DNA of 64,000 bases. Source: Vulcanimicrobiota bacterium (GTDB taxonomy: Bacteria; Vulcanimicrobiota; Vulcanimicrobiia; Vulcanimicrobiales; Vulcanimicrobiaceae). Position numbers and translations under genes: made by a program. Within the stretch, counting starts at the first letter, position 1, and each line of letters opens with the position of its first letter. The stretch covers positions 544,001-608,000 of the forward strand of contig CAWCIZ010000003.1 in assembly GCA_963795855.1 (NCBI GenBank), in the 5' to 3' direction. The notes below the pieces were generated by a model. It did no database searches and was not told where the DNA came from. It saw only the letters and a list, made by a program, of their open reading frames with translations. Below, piece after piece: positions 31,597-42,134 of the stretch.

Positions 31597-31771
31597 GCAG
31601 CGAAATCATCGCGACGCCGGAGACGATTGCGGAGATCATCACCGCGACGCGGTCGTTGAAGTGGTGGGGCACGACGAACCTGAGCAACAGTACGGTGATG
31701 ACGATGAAGATCGCAGCCCAGATGAGGAGCCAAAGCAATTCGCGGCCGATGGAAGATTGCGAACCTTGCAC
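31571..31771 (-). CDS. Small 2-TM membrane protein
   Basis: 66-aa ORF with two hydrophobic helices. Confidence 0.55.
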   Translation of the reverse strand: MQGSQSSIGRELLWLLIWAAIFIVITVLLLRFVVPHHFNDRVAVMISAIVSGVAMISLRAYVTRRA

Positions 31772-31820
31772 GCTTGCTTCTACGAGGCCCGGCGGAGGTA
31801 TTCCGTTAATCGTCCCGCCT

Positions 31821-32351
31821 ATGAGCGAACTGCCGCGATTGGCCTCGTCACAGGAAATTTACAAAGGCCGCGTCTTCCGCCTTCGCGTGGACACGGTCGA
31901 AGACGACGAGGGCCGCACGCACCGTCTCGACATCGTCGAGCATCCGGGTTCTTACGCCATTGCCGCGCTGCCCGCGCCCGATCGATTGGTGCTCGTGCGG
32001 CAGTACCGGCACGCGGCGGGCGCGTCGCTTTGGGAGATCCCCGCCGGTACGGCGGAAGCCCAAGAATCGTGCGAAGACGGCGCGCGGAGGGAGCTTCGCG
32101 AGGAAACCGGCTACGAAGCCGAATCCTGGGAGTTGCTCTGCTCGGTGTACCCGACGCCCGGGTATTGCACCGAACGCGTCACCCTTTACGCGGCCCGGGA
32201 ATTGCGCGCGGGAGCCCAGCAGCTCGAGGAAGACGAACGCATCGAAGTGCGTGAAGTCACCTTTTCGGAAGCCGCAAGCATGCAGGCGAAAGGCGAGATC
32301 GTCGACATGAAAACGGTCTTGGCGCTTCTTTGGTTGGAGCGTCCGAGATAA
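31821..32351 (+). CDS. NUDIX hydrolase (ADP-ribose pyrophosphatase-like)
   Basis: HPGS, RQYR, EIPAG...ARRELREETG Nudix box, TPG, DMKT. Confidence 0.92.
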   Translation: MSELPRLASSQEIYKGRVFRLRVDTVEDDEGRTHRLDIVEHPGSYAIAALPAPDRLVLVRQYRHAAGASLWEIPAGTAEAQESCEDGARRELREETGYEAESWELLCSVYPTPGYCTERVTLYAARELRAGAQQLEEDERIEVREVTFSEAASMQAKGEIVDMKTVLALLWLERPR

Positions 32352-32453
32352 ATTAGTTTTTGTAAGAGTCGATAATCCATCTACGAAGTCGCCACGGAAT
32401 GCGCTATTCTAGCGTTAATTGGCTGTGGCGTTTCGCCATGGAGGTAGTAGCGC

Positions 32454-32729
32454 GTGGATACACCGCGGGATATCAATGCGGTTCTAAAATATTTGCTCAG
32501 CGATGGCAAGGAAGCCGGAGTGTCGTCCGTGTTAGCACCCGAAGATGAAGCGTATCTCAACAAGCTCATTGCCGCGGTTCGCGCAGGCAAACGCGCCGTA
32601 CTCATCGTCGAAGATTCGGATGACAAGCTCAAGTATATGTTCAGCAATGCTTCACGCGCCGAGGCCGTGAGCATGCTGGGCAAAGTCATCGAAGCGACCG
32701 GACGGCGTCTGGCGAACGGCGACGACTAA
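32454..32729 (+). CDS. Hypothetical protein
   Basis: GGAGG RBS and TG-TATTCT -10 upstream; 91 aa. Confidence 0.7.
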   Translation: MDTPRDINAVLKYLLSDGKEAGVSSVLAPEDEAYLNKLIAAVRAGKRAVLIVEDSDDKLKYMFSNASRAEAVSMLGKVIEATGRRLANGDD

Positions 32730-34160
32730 CCATACGGCTGCAAAAATAAGCCGTCGATTTTACCATCGGGCGTCAACGTGAAATCGTAGCGGTATTCTCC
32801 GTTACGAAACTTCACGTCGAACACGTAAACCGTATCGCCCGACCGCTGGTAGCTCTCGACCGGGACGAGCGAGAGCACCGGCCCAAATGCTTGAAAATCA
32901 GACTCGCTGTACGACCTGGTCGCTCAAGTATTGACTAAACGGCGCGGTGAGCTGCGTGCGATCGACATCGACGCGCGCGAGGCGTCCGAGCCATTCCGTG
33001 GCCCGTCCCATGATGAGATTTCCGAAATGCGCCGGCGGCAGCGGCGCGATGATGTCCAGTATTCGGGTTGCCAGTCGCTCGGGCTGCACGGTATTTTCAC
33101 CGCGCAGCCCGTTTGCGTTCGCGAGTACGATGACGGCCAAATGCTCCTCCGGCAGCAAGGCGTTCATAGCGTGAAATCCGGGCAGCTCTCCGCTCTGCCA
33201 AATGAAGCGCTGTCCGCCTCGCTGATCGATAACCCATCCCATGCCGTACTGAATGCCGCCGGGCAGCCCGTTCGGCGTCCACATCTCGCGAACGGAATCG
33301 ACGTTGAGGAGCAGGGGCAACCCGACATCCCACTTCGCCAAGTCTTGCACGGTCGTCACCAAGTCAGCGGTTCCGAAAAGCCAACTCGAATCCCACGACC
33401 GGGCGCGCCGAAACTTGCCCTGCTCGCGCGTGTATCCCAGCGCGTGCTGCGGCGAAATTCCCTGATCCCCGACGAGAAAGCTCGACGTCATGATCAGCGG
33501 CTGAAAGATCTGCGTCGAATAAAAAATCGAGAGCGGCAGACCGCTTACGCGCTGCACGATGAGACCGGCGAGCACGAAATTCAGCGCATTGTCGTCGAAC
33601 GCGGTGCCCGGGTGCGATTGCATCGGCATGCGGTTCGCGGCGGCGATTAGATTCTCGAGCTTCACCGGGCGCGTCAAGTCTGCCGCAATCCCAGGCGCGT
33701 TGCGCAGTTGCGGCAGCCCCGAGCTTTGCTGAAGCAACTGACGCAGCGTCACGTCCTTGGCCGTGGCGAGCTCGGGAACGTATTTCGTGACCTTGTCGTC
33801 CAGCGTCAGTTTTTTCTGCTGGGCGAGCATGAGAATGCCCGCAGCGGCGAACTGCCGGCTCAGCGATCCCGCGTAAAATTGGGTGCTGGGCGTGACGGCG
33901 CGCTTGGCTTGAACGTTCGCATCGCCGAACCCGCGAGCGTAGACCAGCAGGCCGTCCTCAACGACGCCGATGGCAAGGCCGGGCGTGCTGCCCGAATGAA
34001 TTTCGGCCCGCGCGGCGGCATCGATTCCGCGCGCCTTCTCCACTGAAAAGGGCGGAGCCGTGGGGAGCGCGGGCGGCGGCGTCGGTTGAATCTGTTGCGC
34101 GATTGCGCTGGAGCCGAACGACGAACAAGCAAACACGAAGCAGGCAATCGCAATCCGCAT
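32726..34160 (-). CDS. Serine hydrolase/beta-lactamase family secreted protein (frameshift near 32900)
   Basis: Signal peptide; GSLSRQF (SxxK variant), LDDKVTKY; C-terminus continues in another frame to GKIDGLFLQPYG-TAG at 32726. Confidence 0.8.
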
Positions 34161-34206
34161 GAGCCCGCACTTCGGTGCCTAGGCTCTTGAAGGCCTTGCT
34201 CGCCGT

Positions 34207-34869
34207 TCAATATGCGAGGTGCGCGTCGGCGACGACCGTGTTGCCTTCGAGCAGCGCCAGCTCGTCCATCTTGTGATTGACCGGCAGATACAGCGTGCCG
34301 CTTTCGCCGTGCATCGCGACCGTTCCGAGCATTTGCATGCGGCCCCCGTGCACGTACGCCACCTGCATGCCGGGACGCGGATGCATCACGACGACGTAAT
34401 ACCAGTCGCCGCGCGCTCCGTACAGCACCTTTGCGTTCATGCGTTGGTTACGGGGACTCATGAACACCGCGCGATCGACGTCGGTGCCTGCGCTTGCGAG
34501 GCGAGCGAGCGCGCGTTCGTCTTGGTGCATCGCCTGCAAGGCGGTGTTGCGGTCCACCGCGACCCACGTCGGTACGAGCGCGAGGACGATCGCTGCAGCG
34601 ACTGCGGCTGCGAACGGATGCCACGTCAGAACGCGGCGATGCGCGGCATGCGCGAACGAGCGATCGAGGCGCGATCGTAACGCGGCGGGAGCCTCGCGAA
34701 CGGGCTGCGCTTGTGCTTGCGCGAGAACGCAAACCGTCTCTTCCGCTTCTCGTAGTCGGCCCGCGCATACGACGCACCGCGCGCCGTGGCGTTCGACCCG
34801 CGCGCTCTCGCTCTCGCTCAACGAACCGAGCGCGTAGAGTTCCGCGAGATCGTCGACGTGATCGGTCAT
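34207..34869 (-). CDS. Anti-sigma factor (RskA-like, zinc-finger N-terminus plus TM)
   Basis: LYALGSL...HGARCVVC; one TM; coupled to sigma gene. Confidence 0.8.
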   Translation of the reverse strand: MTDHVDDLAELYALGSLSESESARVERHGARCVVCAGRLREAEETVCVLAQAQAQPVREAPAALRSRLDRSFAHAAHRRVLTWHPFAAAVAAAIVLALVPTWVAVDRNTALQAMHQDERALARLASAGTDVDRAVFMSPRNQRMNAKVLYGARGDWYYVVVMHPRPGMQVAYVHGGRMQMLGTVAMHGESGTLYLPVNHKMDELALLEGNTVVADAHLAY

Positions 34870-35432
34870 GCGCGCGGTTCCGTTCGCAAAGCGGCGCCGA
34901 GTTTGCGCAGCGCCAGCGCGATGCGGCTCTTCACCGTGCCGAGTGGCTCGCCTAGTTCTCGCGCGATCTCCACGTGCGTCTTTTCACCGAAATAGGCGAG
35001 AAGCAGTGCGGCGCGCTGATCGTGCGGAAGCTGTGCGAGCGCTTCGCGTACGCGGCGCTCTTCGACGAAATCGGTGATGTGCAGTTCCTGAGTCTGAGGC
35101 GCTTCGCGCCCGATGCGTTCGTTCATGCGTTCGCGGCGCGCCGCGGAGCGCGTGCGCGAGATGGCGTCGTTTCGAACGCATACGACCAAAAACGAGCGAA
35201 CCGATCCGCGATCGACGGTATACGTTCGCGGGTTCTTCCACACGCGCACGAGCACGTCGTGCACGCAATCTTCCGCCTCCTCGGCAACGTGCAGCACACT
35301 GTGTGCGACCGAGTAAAGCAGCGAACCGAATCGGCGATACGCTTCGTCGAACGCCCAGCGCTCGCGGCGCGCGAATGCCTGCGCCAACGTCGTCTCGTCA
35401 GCGCCTTCGTCGGGCGCGGCGGCGGTTGCCAT
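34866..35432 (-). CDS. ECF RNA polymerase sigma factor (SigK-like)
   Basis: AEDCVHDV, RNDAISR, LAYF..THVEIA..LGEPLGTVKSR. Confidence 0.92.
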   Translation of the reverse strand: MATAAAPDEGADETTLAQAFARRERWAFDEAYRRFGSLLYSVAHSVLHVAEEAEDCVHDVLVRVWKNPRTYTVDRGSVRSFLVVCVRNDAISRTRSAARRERMNERIGREAPQTQELHITDFVEERRVREALAQLPHDQRAALLLAYFGEKTHVEIARELGEPLGTVKSRIALALRKLGAALRTEPRA

Positions 35433-35488
35433 GGCTCGCGCTCACTTCGGTCACGTCTAAAGTACGCCTGCGCGGGCATGATTGGACT

Positions 35489-35635
35489 ATGGACGTACCA
35501 GAAATGCCCGACTCACCGGAACCGCCCGACGAGCCGGACAAGCTGCCGGAGAAACCGGAACTGACGACCGGCGGAACGGGCACGCTGCCGCAGAAGGGCG
35601 TGCCGAACCCGGGCTTTACCGCGCGCGGCGACTAG
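35489..35635 (+). CDS. Possible small Pro/acidic protein
   Basis: MDVPEMPDSPEPPDEP...; fills the gap between the sigma and phosphatase genes. Confidence 0.4.
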   Translation: MDVPEMPDSPEPPDEPDKLPEKPELTTGGTGTLPQKGVPNPGFTARGD

Positions 35636-35638
35636 CGC

Positions 35639-37610
35639 TTAAACGCGCAGCACTAAAACGGCGATGTCGTCGCGTTGCGGCGCGTCCAGCACGGCGTCGA
35701 TAATCGCTTGCGCCGGATTCTCATGGTCGAGAAATGCGCGCGCGGCCAGCACGTCGTGCAGCCGGCGTTCCGCCGCGATGACGTCGCGGCCATATTCGAT
35801 GAGCCCGTCGGTGAAAAAGACGAGGGTCGTCCCTTCGCTCAGAACCATGTGGCGCTGCTCGAGCAGCACCTCGTCGAATGCATCGCCCATCGGCGGCCCC
35901 GTGCCGTTCAGTGCCTCGATCGTGCCGTCGGCGCGCAGCGCGACCGGCGGTGGATGACCGGCGACGCTATACGTCAGTTCCCGCGTGCGGGGGTTGTACA
36001 AACCGTAGAGGGCGGTGATCATGGGGTGCGTGTGCTCGAGCGTGATTATCCGGTTCGCGCGCGCGAGCACGTCTTTAGGCGCATGCAGATCGAGCGCCGC
36101 GGCGCGTATCGACTGCCGCACGATGCCCATTGTAACCGCGGCCTCGACGCCGTGGCCCGCAACGTCGCCGACTGAAAGTGCGATGCGGCCGCCCTCGACC
36201 GGAAACGCATCGTACCAGTCGCCGCCGACCGCCTCGCCGTCGCCTGATGCCGCGGCGGAATAGGCGAATGAAAAGCGCACGCCGGCAACGTCGGGCAGCG
36301 ACGACGGAAGCAGCGCCCGCTGCAGCGTCGTGGCGACGCGGTGTTCGCGCGCGAAAGAGTGCGCGTTCTCGAGTCCGATCGCGCCGCGCCGTCCGAGCTC
36401 GAGGGCGGTGGTGACGTCGAATTCAGTGTATAAGCGCGTCGGATCGTCCGTGGCGATTCCCAGCACACCGAATACCCGATCGCGAATGCGCAGCGGGACC
36501 ATCAAACCGGAAGCGTACCCGACCTCGCGGTACACCTCGCGGTGACGGCCGTCCGGAATGACGTACGCGACCGCTTCATCGTCGACGTGCGGCAGCAACT
36601 GCGGCTTGAGCGTCGCGTAGACCGCCGGCGGTCCGAGGCGCGCTTCGTCGTTGTAGATATGAAGGCCGGCGAGTCTGCGCGAGGACTCGTTCTTTCTCGG
36701 GATCTCCGTGCGCGACGACGGAAACGCGCAAGCGGCCCCGGTCGTCCGGAATGTCGATCTGGCACCACGTTCCGAGCGAAGCGATCGCCAAGCGCGCGAT
36801 CCGCTCGAGCGTCGTGTGCACGTCGAGCGTGGATCCGAGTACGTCGCTCGCCAGCGCGAAAAATGCTTGCTGCGCCTCCGCGCGTTTTTGTTTGTCGATG
36901 TTCGTGGCGGTGCCGAGCCAGCTCGTCACCCTGCCTTCCGCGTCTCGAATCGGGATCGAGCGGAAGAGAAACCAGCGGTACTTCCCGTCCTTGCCCCGGT
37001 ACCGGCATTCATCTTCGAACGCTTCGCCCGTGGCGAGCGTGCGTTCGCGCTCCGCTTGCAAACGCGCGGCGTCTTCGGGATGCACGACGACCTGCCAGCC
37101 GGAGCCGCAGTTTTGTTCTTCGTTCAGCCCGGTGTAATCGAGCCACCGTTTATTCGCGTACGTTGCGCTGCCATCGGGCGCGTCGAGCCACACGAACGAC
37201 GGGATCGCTTCCGCGATCGTTTGATAGCGGCGCTCCGCCTCACGGTTCTGCGTGACGTCGACGAAGACGCCGATACTGCCATGAACGACGCCGCCGGCGC
37301 TGCGCAGCGGCCATGCCGACGCGATGAGTTCGAAACGCGTACCGTCGTCGCGCAAGAGTTGCAACGGCGTGTCCAACACTTCGGTTCCGCCGTCGGCGGC
37401 GCGGTATAACGGCAACTCGTACGTTGCCAGTTCTCGGCCTTCAAGGAAATAGCGAACGTTCGGCGTGCCCGAAATCTCGCGAAACGCACGATTGCCTTGA
37501 ACGCGATCGCAATCGCGATCGAACGCGATCGCGATTGGAATCGGCAGCCGCTCGAGGACGCTTAATAGCCCGAGGACATAGACCTCGAACCCGCGGGTCT
37601 GGCTTTGCAT
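35639..37610 (-). CDS. PAS/GAF sensor SpoIIE (PP2C) phosphatase (frameshift near 36600-36660)
   Basis: PAS VHPED...YRWF; GAF; LQRALLP, VGGDWYD, GDVAGHG, FTDGL, DDIA. Confidence 0.88.
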
Positions 37611-37648
37611 CTTGCGGTCAGGTTCGCGGCGGCCCGGCAAAAGCCGTT

Positions 37649-37924
37649 TTACTGAATCGCGAAGACCGGCACTTTGCCCCTGATGAGCGACACCTTAATG
37701 GTGTCATTGGCCTTGACTTTGCCGAAGTTCACACTGCCGGTTGCAGCAAGCGTCGTCTCCATGCCGTTGTCCATCTTGACGGTAAGGTGCTGCGAGTCCT
37801 GAACTTGTTCCACCTTCACGACATAAGTGCCGTCGGGAATCAGCGAGGCGCTGACGGTCGCTGCGATCCCGGTCGCCGGTGCGGTGAGTGAAACCAGTGC
37901 GAGAAGCAAAATCCGTTTCGTCAT
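37649..37924 (-). CDS. Small secreted protein
   Basis: Signal peptide, beta-rich 91 aa. Confidence 0.65.
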   Translation of the reverse strand: MTKRILLLALVSLTAPATGIAATVSASLIPDGTYVVKVEQVQDSQHLTVKMDNGMETTLAATGSVNFGKVKANDTIKVSLIRGKVPVFAIQ

Positions 37925-37965
37925 ACTGCGAGAGTTTATCGCGAGTGCTTGCCATATCGCAATAC

Positions 37966-37998
37966 GAAAACGGCAGCTGCAAGTCAGCTGCCGTTTTC
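37966..37998 (-). terminator. Terminator after rplT
   Basis: GAAAACGGCAGCTG-5 nt-CAGCTGCCGTTTTC. Confidence 0.8.
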
Positions 37999-38018
37999 TT
38001 TACGTTAAGACGCGGCCG

Positions 38019-38378
38019 TTATTTTCCAGCCGCTTGTTTTGCCACTTTGAGCAGAGAACCGAAAGCGGCCGCATCCGACACGGCCAGTTCTGCGAGCGCC
38101 TTGCGGTTGAGCGTGACGCCCGACTTCTTGAGCCCGCTCATGAAGACCGAGTACGTAAGGCCTTCCTTGCGGGCGGCGGCGTTGATGCGGCTGATCCACA
38201 GCGCGCGAAAGTCGCGTTTGCGGACGCGGCGATCGCGGAATGCGTACGCCAGCGAATGCAGCAGCGCTTCGTTCGCGACGCGATAGTTGCGCCGGCGGGC
38301 GGCGCGAAAGCCCTTGACGAGCTTCATCACCTTGCGGCGATGTTTGAGGCCGTGGAGGCCGCGTTTGATACGTGCCAT
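38019..38378 (-). CDS. rplT: 50S ribosomal protein L20
   Basis: MARIKRG, YAFRDRRVRKRDFRALWISRINAA. Confidence 0.98.
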   Translation of the reverse strand: MARIKRGLHGLKHRRKVMKLVKGFRAARRRNYRVANEALLHSLAYAFRDRRVRKRDFRALWISRINAAARKEGLTYSVFMSGLKKSGVTLNRKALAELAVSDAAAFGSLLKVAKQAAGK

Positions 38379-38393
38379 GCGGTCGAACCCTCC

Positions 38394-38600
38394 TTACACC
38401 AGATACGGAATCGTCGGCGCCAAGCGTTTGAGATCGCCGGCGAACACCGGCTGATCTTTGCGGAACTTGCGTTTGCGCTTGCGCGTGCGCTTGCTCATGA
38501 TGTGGCCGCAGCCGCTGAACTGGTGGCGGTGCTGAACGACGCCGTTCGCGCTGACCTTCACCCGTTTGGCGGTGCCACGATGGGTACGAATCTTAGGCAC
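38394..38600 (-). CDS. rpmI: 50S ribosomal protein L35
   Basis: MPKIRTHRGTAKR; lies between infC and rplT. Confidence 0.95.
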   Translation of the reverse strand: MPKIRTHRGTAKRVKVSANGVVQHRHQFSGCGHIMSKRTRKRKRKFRKDQPVFAGDLKRLAPTIPYLV

Positions 38601-39205
38601 TGGTAGGCTCCTCCGTCTTCGCGGCTTCTGTTGCCGGCTTCTGGATATCGCGTTCTTTCTCGTGCTGCGACAAGAATTTCGGCGGACCCGACGGCACCGG
38701 ACGAGGCGCGAGGATCATAAACATGTTTTTTCCTTCGAGCTTCGGATCGCGTTCGACCGTAGCGATCGGCGCCATGTCGACGGCCATTCGATCGAGCAGT
38801 TTACGTCCGAAACTCGTATAGGTTATTTCGCGTCCGCGGAACATGATCGTGACTTTGATCTTGCTGCCGTCGAGCAGCAGACGCTCCGCCATGCGGGCCT
38901 TCGTCTCGTAATCGTGCGTCTCGATCTTCGGGCGCAGCTTCACTTCTTTCAGTTCGAAGTTCTTCTGCTTTTTGCGGGTGTCTTTATCTTTTTTCGACTG
39001 CTCGTATTTCAGGCGCCCGTAGTCGCCGATTTTGCACACGGGAGGCTGCGCCGTAGGCGACACCTCGATGAGATCGAGGCCCGCGCCTCGCGCCCTGCCC
39101 AGTGCATCTTCGGTCAGCATGATTCCGAGCTGACTTCCGTCCTCGTCGATCACCCGCACCTGACGAATGCGAATCTGGTCGTTTACTCTGAGCGGTCGAG
39201 CTGAT
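38593..39205 (-). CDS. infC: Translation initiation factor IF-3 (probable non-AUG start)
   Basis: RVNDQIRIRQVRVI, PPVCKI, KEVKLRP, FRGRE; GAGGT RBS before ATC at 39205. Confidence 0.95.
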
Positions 39206-39224
39206 GAGAATTACCTCTTACAAA

Positions 39225-39395
39225 AAGACGTTGCCGTGCGCGGGCCCCCGTTTGCGCTTCGGCAAATAAAAATGGCGCCGCCGAAGCGACCCCATCCAGC
39301 GGTACCGGCCGGCGGCACCTCAGGTGAAGACCGGATCGCCCGCGGGCATCCGGTGAGGACCCTCGCGGGCCCTGCTTCGGCTCAGGGAGCATACC
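39225..39395 (-). promoter_or_regulatory. Probable L20 leader / attenuator of infC-rpmI-rplT
   Basis: GAAGCAG...CTCACC segment and terminator-like ATGGGGTCGCTTCGGCGGCGCCATTTTTATTT in the infC 5' region; position matches known L20 leaders. Confidence 0.5.
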
Positions 39396-39466
39396 ATAGC
39401 CCCCCGGGTGGCAGTCAAGGAAAGGTCGCGGAGGACCCGGGAAGCGGCCCACCGATGTAGCCGTGC

Positions 39467-39922
39467 ATGCTCACCTACCGCGAAGGCGCCGCGGCCGACG
39501 TGCCGGTTCTCGCCCAGTTCTGGCACGACATGCTGATCGAGTCTCAAGTGGCGGGCAGCGGATTCGTGCCGGATTGGCGCCGGCGCCTTGAGTGGGATTT
39601 CTCGGCGCAACTGGCGGCGGGGACCGCAGCCTGGTTCCTCGCCGAGGACGCCGGCCATATCGTCGGTGTTGCCGCGGCGTTTTTGAGTCAAAACTCAGCC
39701 GGCGCGCTGCTCGACTCGCAAGCGACGCTGGCGGGAATCTACGTCGTTCCCGGTCACCGCCGCCGCGGAATCGCGCGAGAACTGACGCAGCGCGCTATCG
39801 CTTGGTGCAGGCAGCGCGGGTGCGTACGCGTTCGCCTGCAAGCATCGCAGGCCGGACGGCCGCTCTACGAATCGCTCGGATTCCGGACGTTCCGCGAAAT
39901 GATGAAGCTGGATCTTCGTTAA
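39467..39922 (+). CDS. GNAT acetyltransferase
   Basis: IYVVPGHRRRGIA, GRPLYESLGF. Confidence 0.9.
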   Translation: MLTYREGAAADVPVLAQFWHDMLIESQVAGSGFVPDWRRRLEWDFSAQLAAGTAAWFLAEDAGHIVGVAAAFLSQNSAGALLDSQATLAGIYVVPGHRRRGIARELTQRAIAWCRQRGCVRVRLQASQAGRPLYESLGFRTFREMMKLDLR

Positions 39923-39930
39923 GCGCCCAT

Positions 39931-40236
39931 TTACGGCGCCGCTTCTTCGTGTAAGACCTTCCCGGTCTTGGGATCGATCTTGCGCTGCGCGTTGTCTTCG
40001 GTCGTGCCGACGACGATGCCGACTTCATCACGTATGGACGTGTATTTGTTGTGCGGCGCCTTGGAAGAACGCGGTTCGATCTGCCAAAGCACGTCGCCCT
40101 TTTCGCTCACGCCGAAGATGTTCTGCGGATAATCCTGATCCGGAGGAACGCTCAGTAAGAGCACGTTGACGCCGCCGATTTCGATGCGCTGCTTTATCGC
40201 GTAAGCGGGCAGGCTGGGGAATTGGCCGGTACTCAT
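39931..40236 (-). CDS. Hypothetical protein
   Basis: NIFGVSEKGDVLWQI...IDPKTGKVL beta-rich ORF. Confidence 0.6.
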   Translation of the reverse strand: MSTGQFPSLPAYAIKQRIEIGGVNVLLLSVPPDQDYPQNIFGVSEKGDVLWQIEPRSSKAPHNKYTSIRDEVGIVVGTTEDNAQRKIDPKTGKVLHEEAAP

Positions 40237-40307
40237 TTCGGCATCGTACCCGTGCCGCGATGGTGGCATGCATGATGACGTGGCGCGCGAGGCGTAGCAG
40301 AGTCGCT

Positions 40308-42134
40308 ATGTTTGCTGCTGCACTCCTAGCCGCCGCCATGAGCGGCCCTATTACGCTTGTCGTCGACGCGTCGAAGGCTCCCACGCAAAACATCGTCCGG
40401 ACGCACGAAGTCATTCCGGTCGCGCCCGGTCCGCTCACGCTGTATTATCCGCAGTGGATCCCCGGCGAACACGGCCCCGTCGGTCCCATTCAGAACTTGG
40501 CCGAGTTGACGATTACCGCTAACGGCAAGCCCGTAGCGTGGCATCGCGATCCGTCGAATATGTTTGCGTTCACGATGGACGTGCCGGCGGGCGCACAAAG
40601 CATCGAAGCGGATTTCACGTACCTGGGAGCGACGTTCGGGCATTACTCCTCGAACCGCTTGTCGTCGCCGAACATATTCGTCATCGATTGGAATCAGAAC
40701 GTGCTCTATCCGTCGTACGGCACGAACGATACGACGCAGTTCGTTCCGACGCTCGTTTTGCCCGGCGAGAACTGGAAATTCGCAACCGCGCTGTACGATC
40801 CCAAGCGCAGCGGAAACACGGTAACCTGGAGCACGACGCCGCTCGGGCGTTTAATGGACTCACCACTGGATGCGTGCGTGAACTTTCGCAAGTGGAATCT
40901 CTGGAGCGGCCCCGCGGCTTTTCCCGGAACGGCATCGCTCAACGTCTGCGCCGACACGCCCGAAGAATTGGACGCGGACAATACGACGGTCGGCCATTTT
41001 CGCGCCCTGGTTCAAGAAATGATCGCGATGTACGGTGCGCGCCACTGGCACGATTACCACTTCCTGCTCACGATTTCCGACGTGATGCCGGGCGAAGGCG
41101 TCGAGCACCACGAGTCGAGCGACGACGGCGAGACGGGCGCGTATCTGATCGATCCGAAGTTGCTCGAGCGCGGCGGCGACTTGCTCTCGCATGAGTTCAA
41201 CCACTCCTGGGACGGCAAGTACCGCATGCCCGATGGGTTGGTGCGCAGCAATTTGAACGAAGCTTACGACGATTCGCTGCTGTGGGTCTACGAGGGTATG
41301 ACGCAATATTATGGAGACGTCATGTCGTACCGCGACGGGATCCGCGACGCGAAGAATTGGCCCGATCACATCGCCGCGGTCTACGCGAATTACGACAACG
41401 AACAAGGGCGGGACTGGCGCCCTCTGGGCGATACGGCAACCTCGGGTCCGTTTTTGTACGGCTCGCCGCGCGGCTACTATTCCGAGCGCCGCGGCGTCGA
41501 CTTTTACTCGGAAGGCGAACTCGTCTGGCTCCTCGCCGACGCTGTTATTCGCGACCGAACGCACGACAAAGCCTCGCTCGACACCTTCGCGCGCGCGTTC
41601 TTCGGCGCGCAGAACACTGGCCCGATCACCGCTCCCTACAATCGCGCCGATGTTATCGCCGCGCTGAACCAAGTTGCGCCTTACGATTGGACTGGATTCT
41701 TCCATCGCTGGATCGACGATGTCGCCGTGCACCCGCCCGCGGGCTTCGAGCCGGACGGCTGGAAAATGGTGTACACGGACGAACCTTCGCACGACGTGCG
41801 CAAGAATAACTTCGTGTATTCGCTCGGCCTGGTAAGCATGGACGGCACGGTGAGCGACGTCCATTTCGGATCGCCGGCATGGAAAGCCGGTTTGGGCATC
41901 GGCGAAAAACTCGTTGCCGTGAACGGCCGCGAATACAGCGACGATCTGCTGTACGATGCCGTCAAAGAAGCGCAAACCGCTCATCGCCCAATCTCTTTGC
42001 TGGTCGAAAAAGACGAGATGTATCGAACGGTGGCGATTTCGTACTTCGGCGGTCCACGCTACCCGCATTTGGAACGCGTTAAAGGCGCCGCGGACAGGCT
42101 CTCCCAGGTCGTCAAACCGCTGCGAAAGATGTGA
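40308..42134 (+). CDS. M61 family metallopeptidase with PDZ domain
   Basis: PQWIPGEH, GVEH, HEFNHSW, LWVYEG; C-terminal PDZ (SPAWKAGL). Confidence 0.93.
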   Translation: MFAAALLAAAMSGPITLVVDASKAPTQNIVRTHEVIPVAPGPLTLYYPQWIPGEHGPVGPIQNLAELTITANGKPVAWHRDPSNMFAFTMDVPAGAQSIEADFTYLGATFGHYSSNRLSSPNIFVIDWNQNVLYPSYGTNDTTQFVPTLVLPGENWKFATALYDPKRSGNTVTWSTTPLGRLMDSPLDACVNFRKWNLWSGPAAFPGTASLNVCADTPEELDADNTTVGHFRALVQEMIAMYGARHWHDYHFLLTISDVMPGEGVEHHESSDDGETGAYLIDPKLLERGGDLLSHEFNHSWDGKYRMPDGLVRSNLNEAYDDSLLWVYEGMTQYYGDVMSYRDGIRDAKNWPDHIAAVYANYDNEQGRDWRPLGDTATSGPFLYGSPRGYYSERRGVDFYSEGELVWLLADAVIRDRTHDKASLDTFARAFFGAQNTGPITAPYNRADVIAALNQVAPYDWTGFFHRWIDDVAVHPPAGFEPDGWKMVYTDEPSHDVRKNNFVYSLGLVSMDGTVSDVHFGSPAWKAGLGIGEKLVAVNGREYSDDLLYDAVKEAQTAHRPISLLVEKDEMYRTVAISYFGGPRYPHLERVKGAADRLSQVVKPLRKM

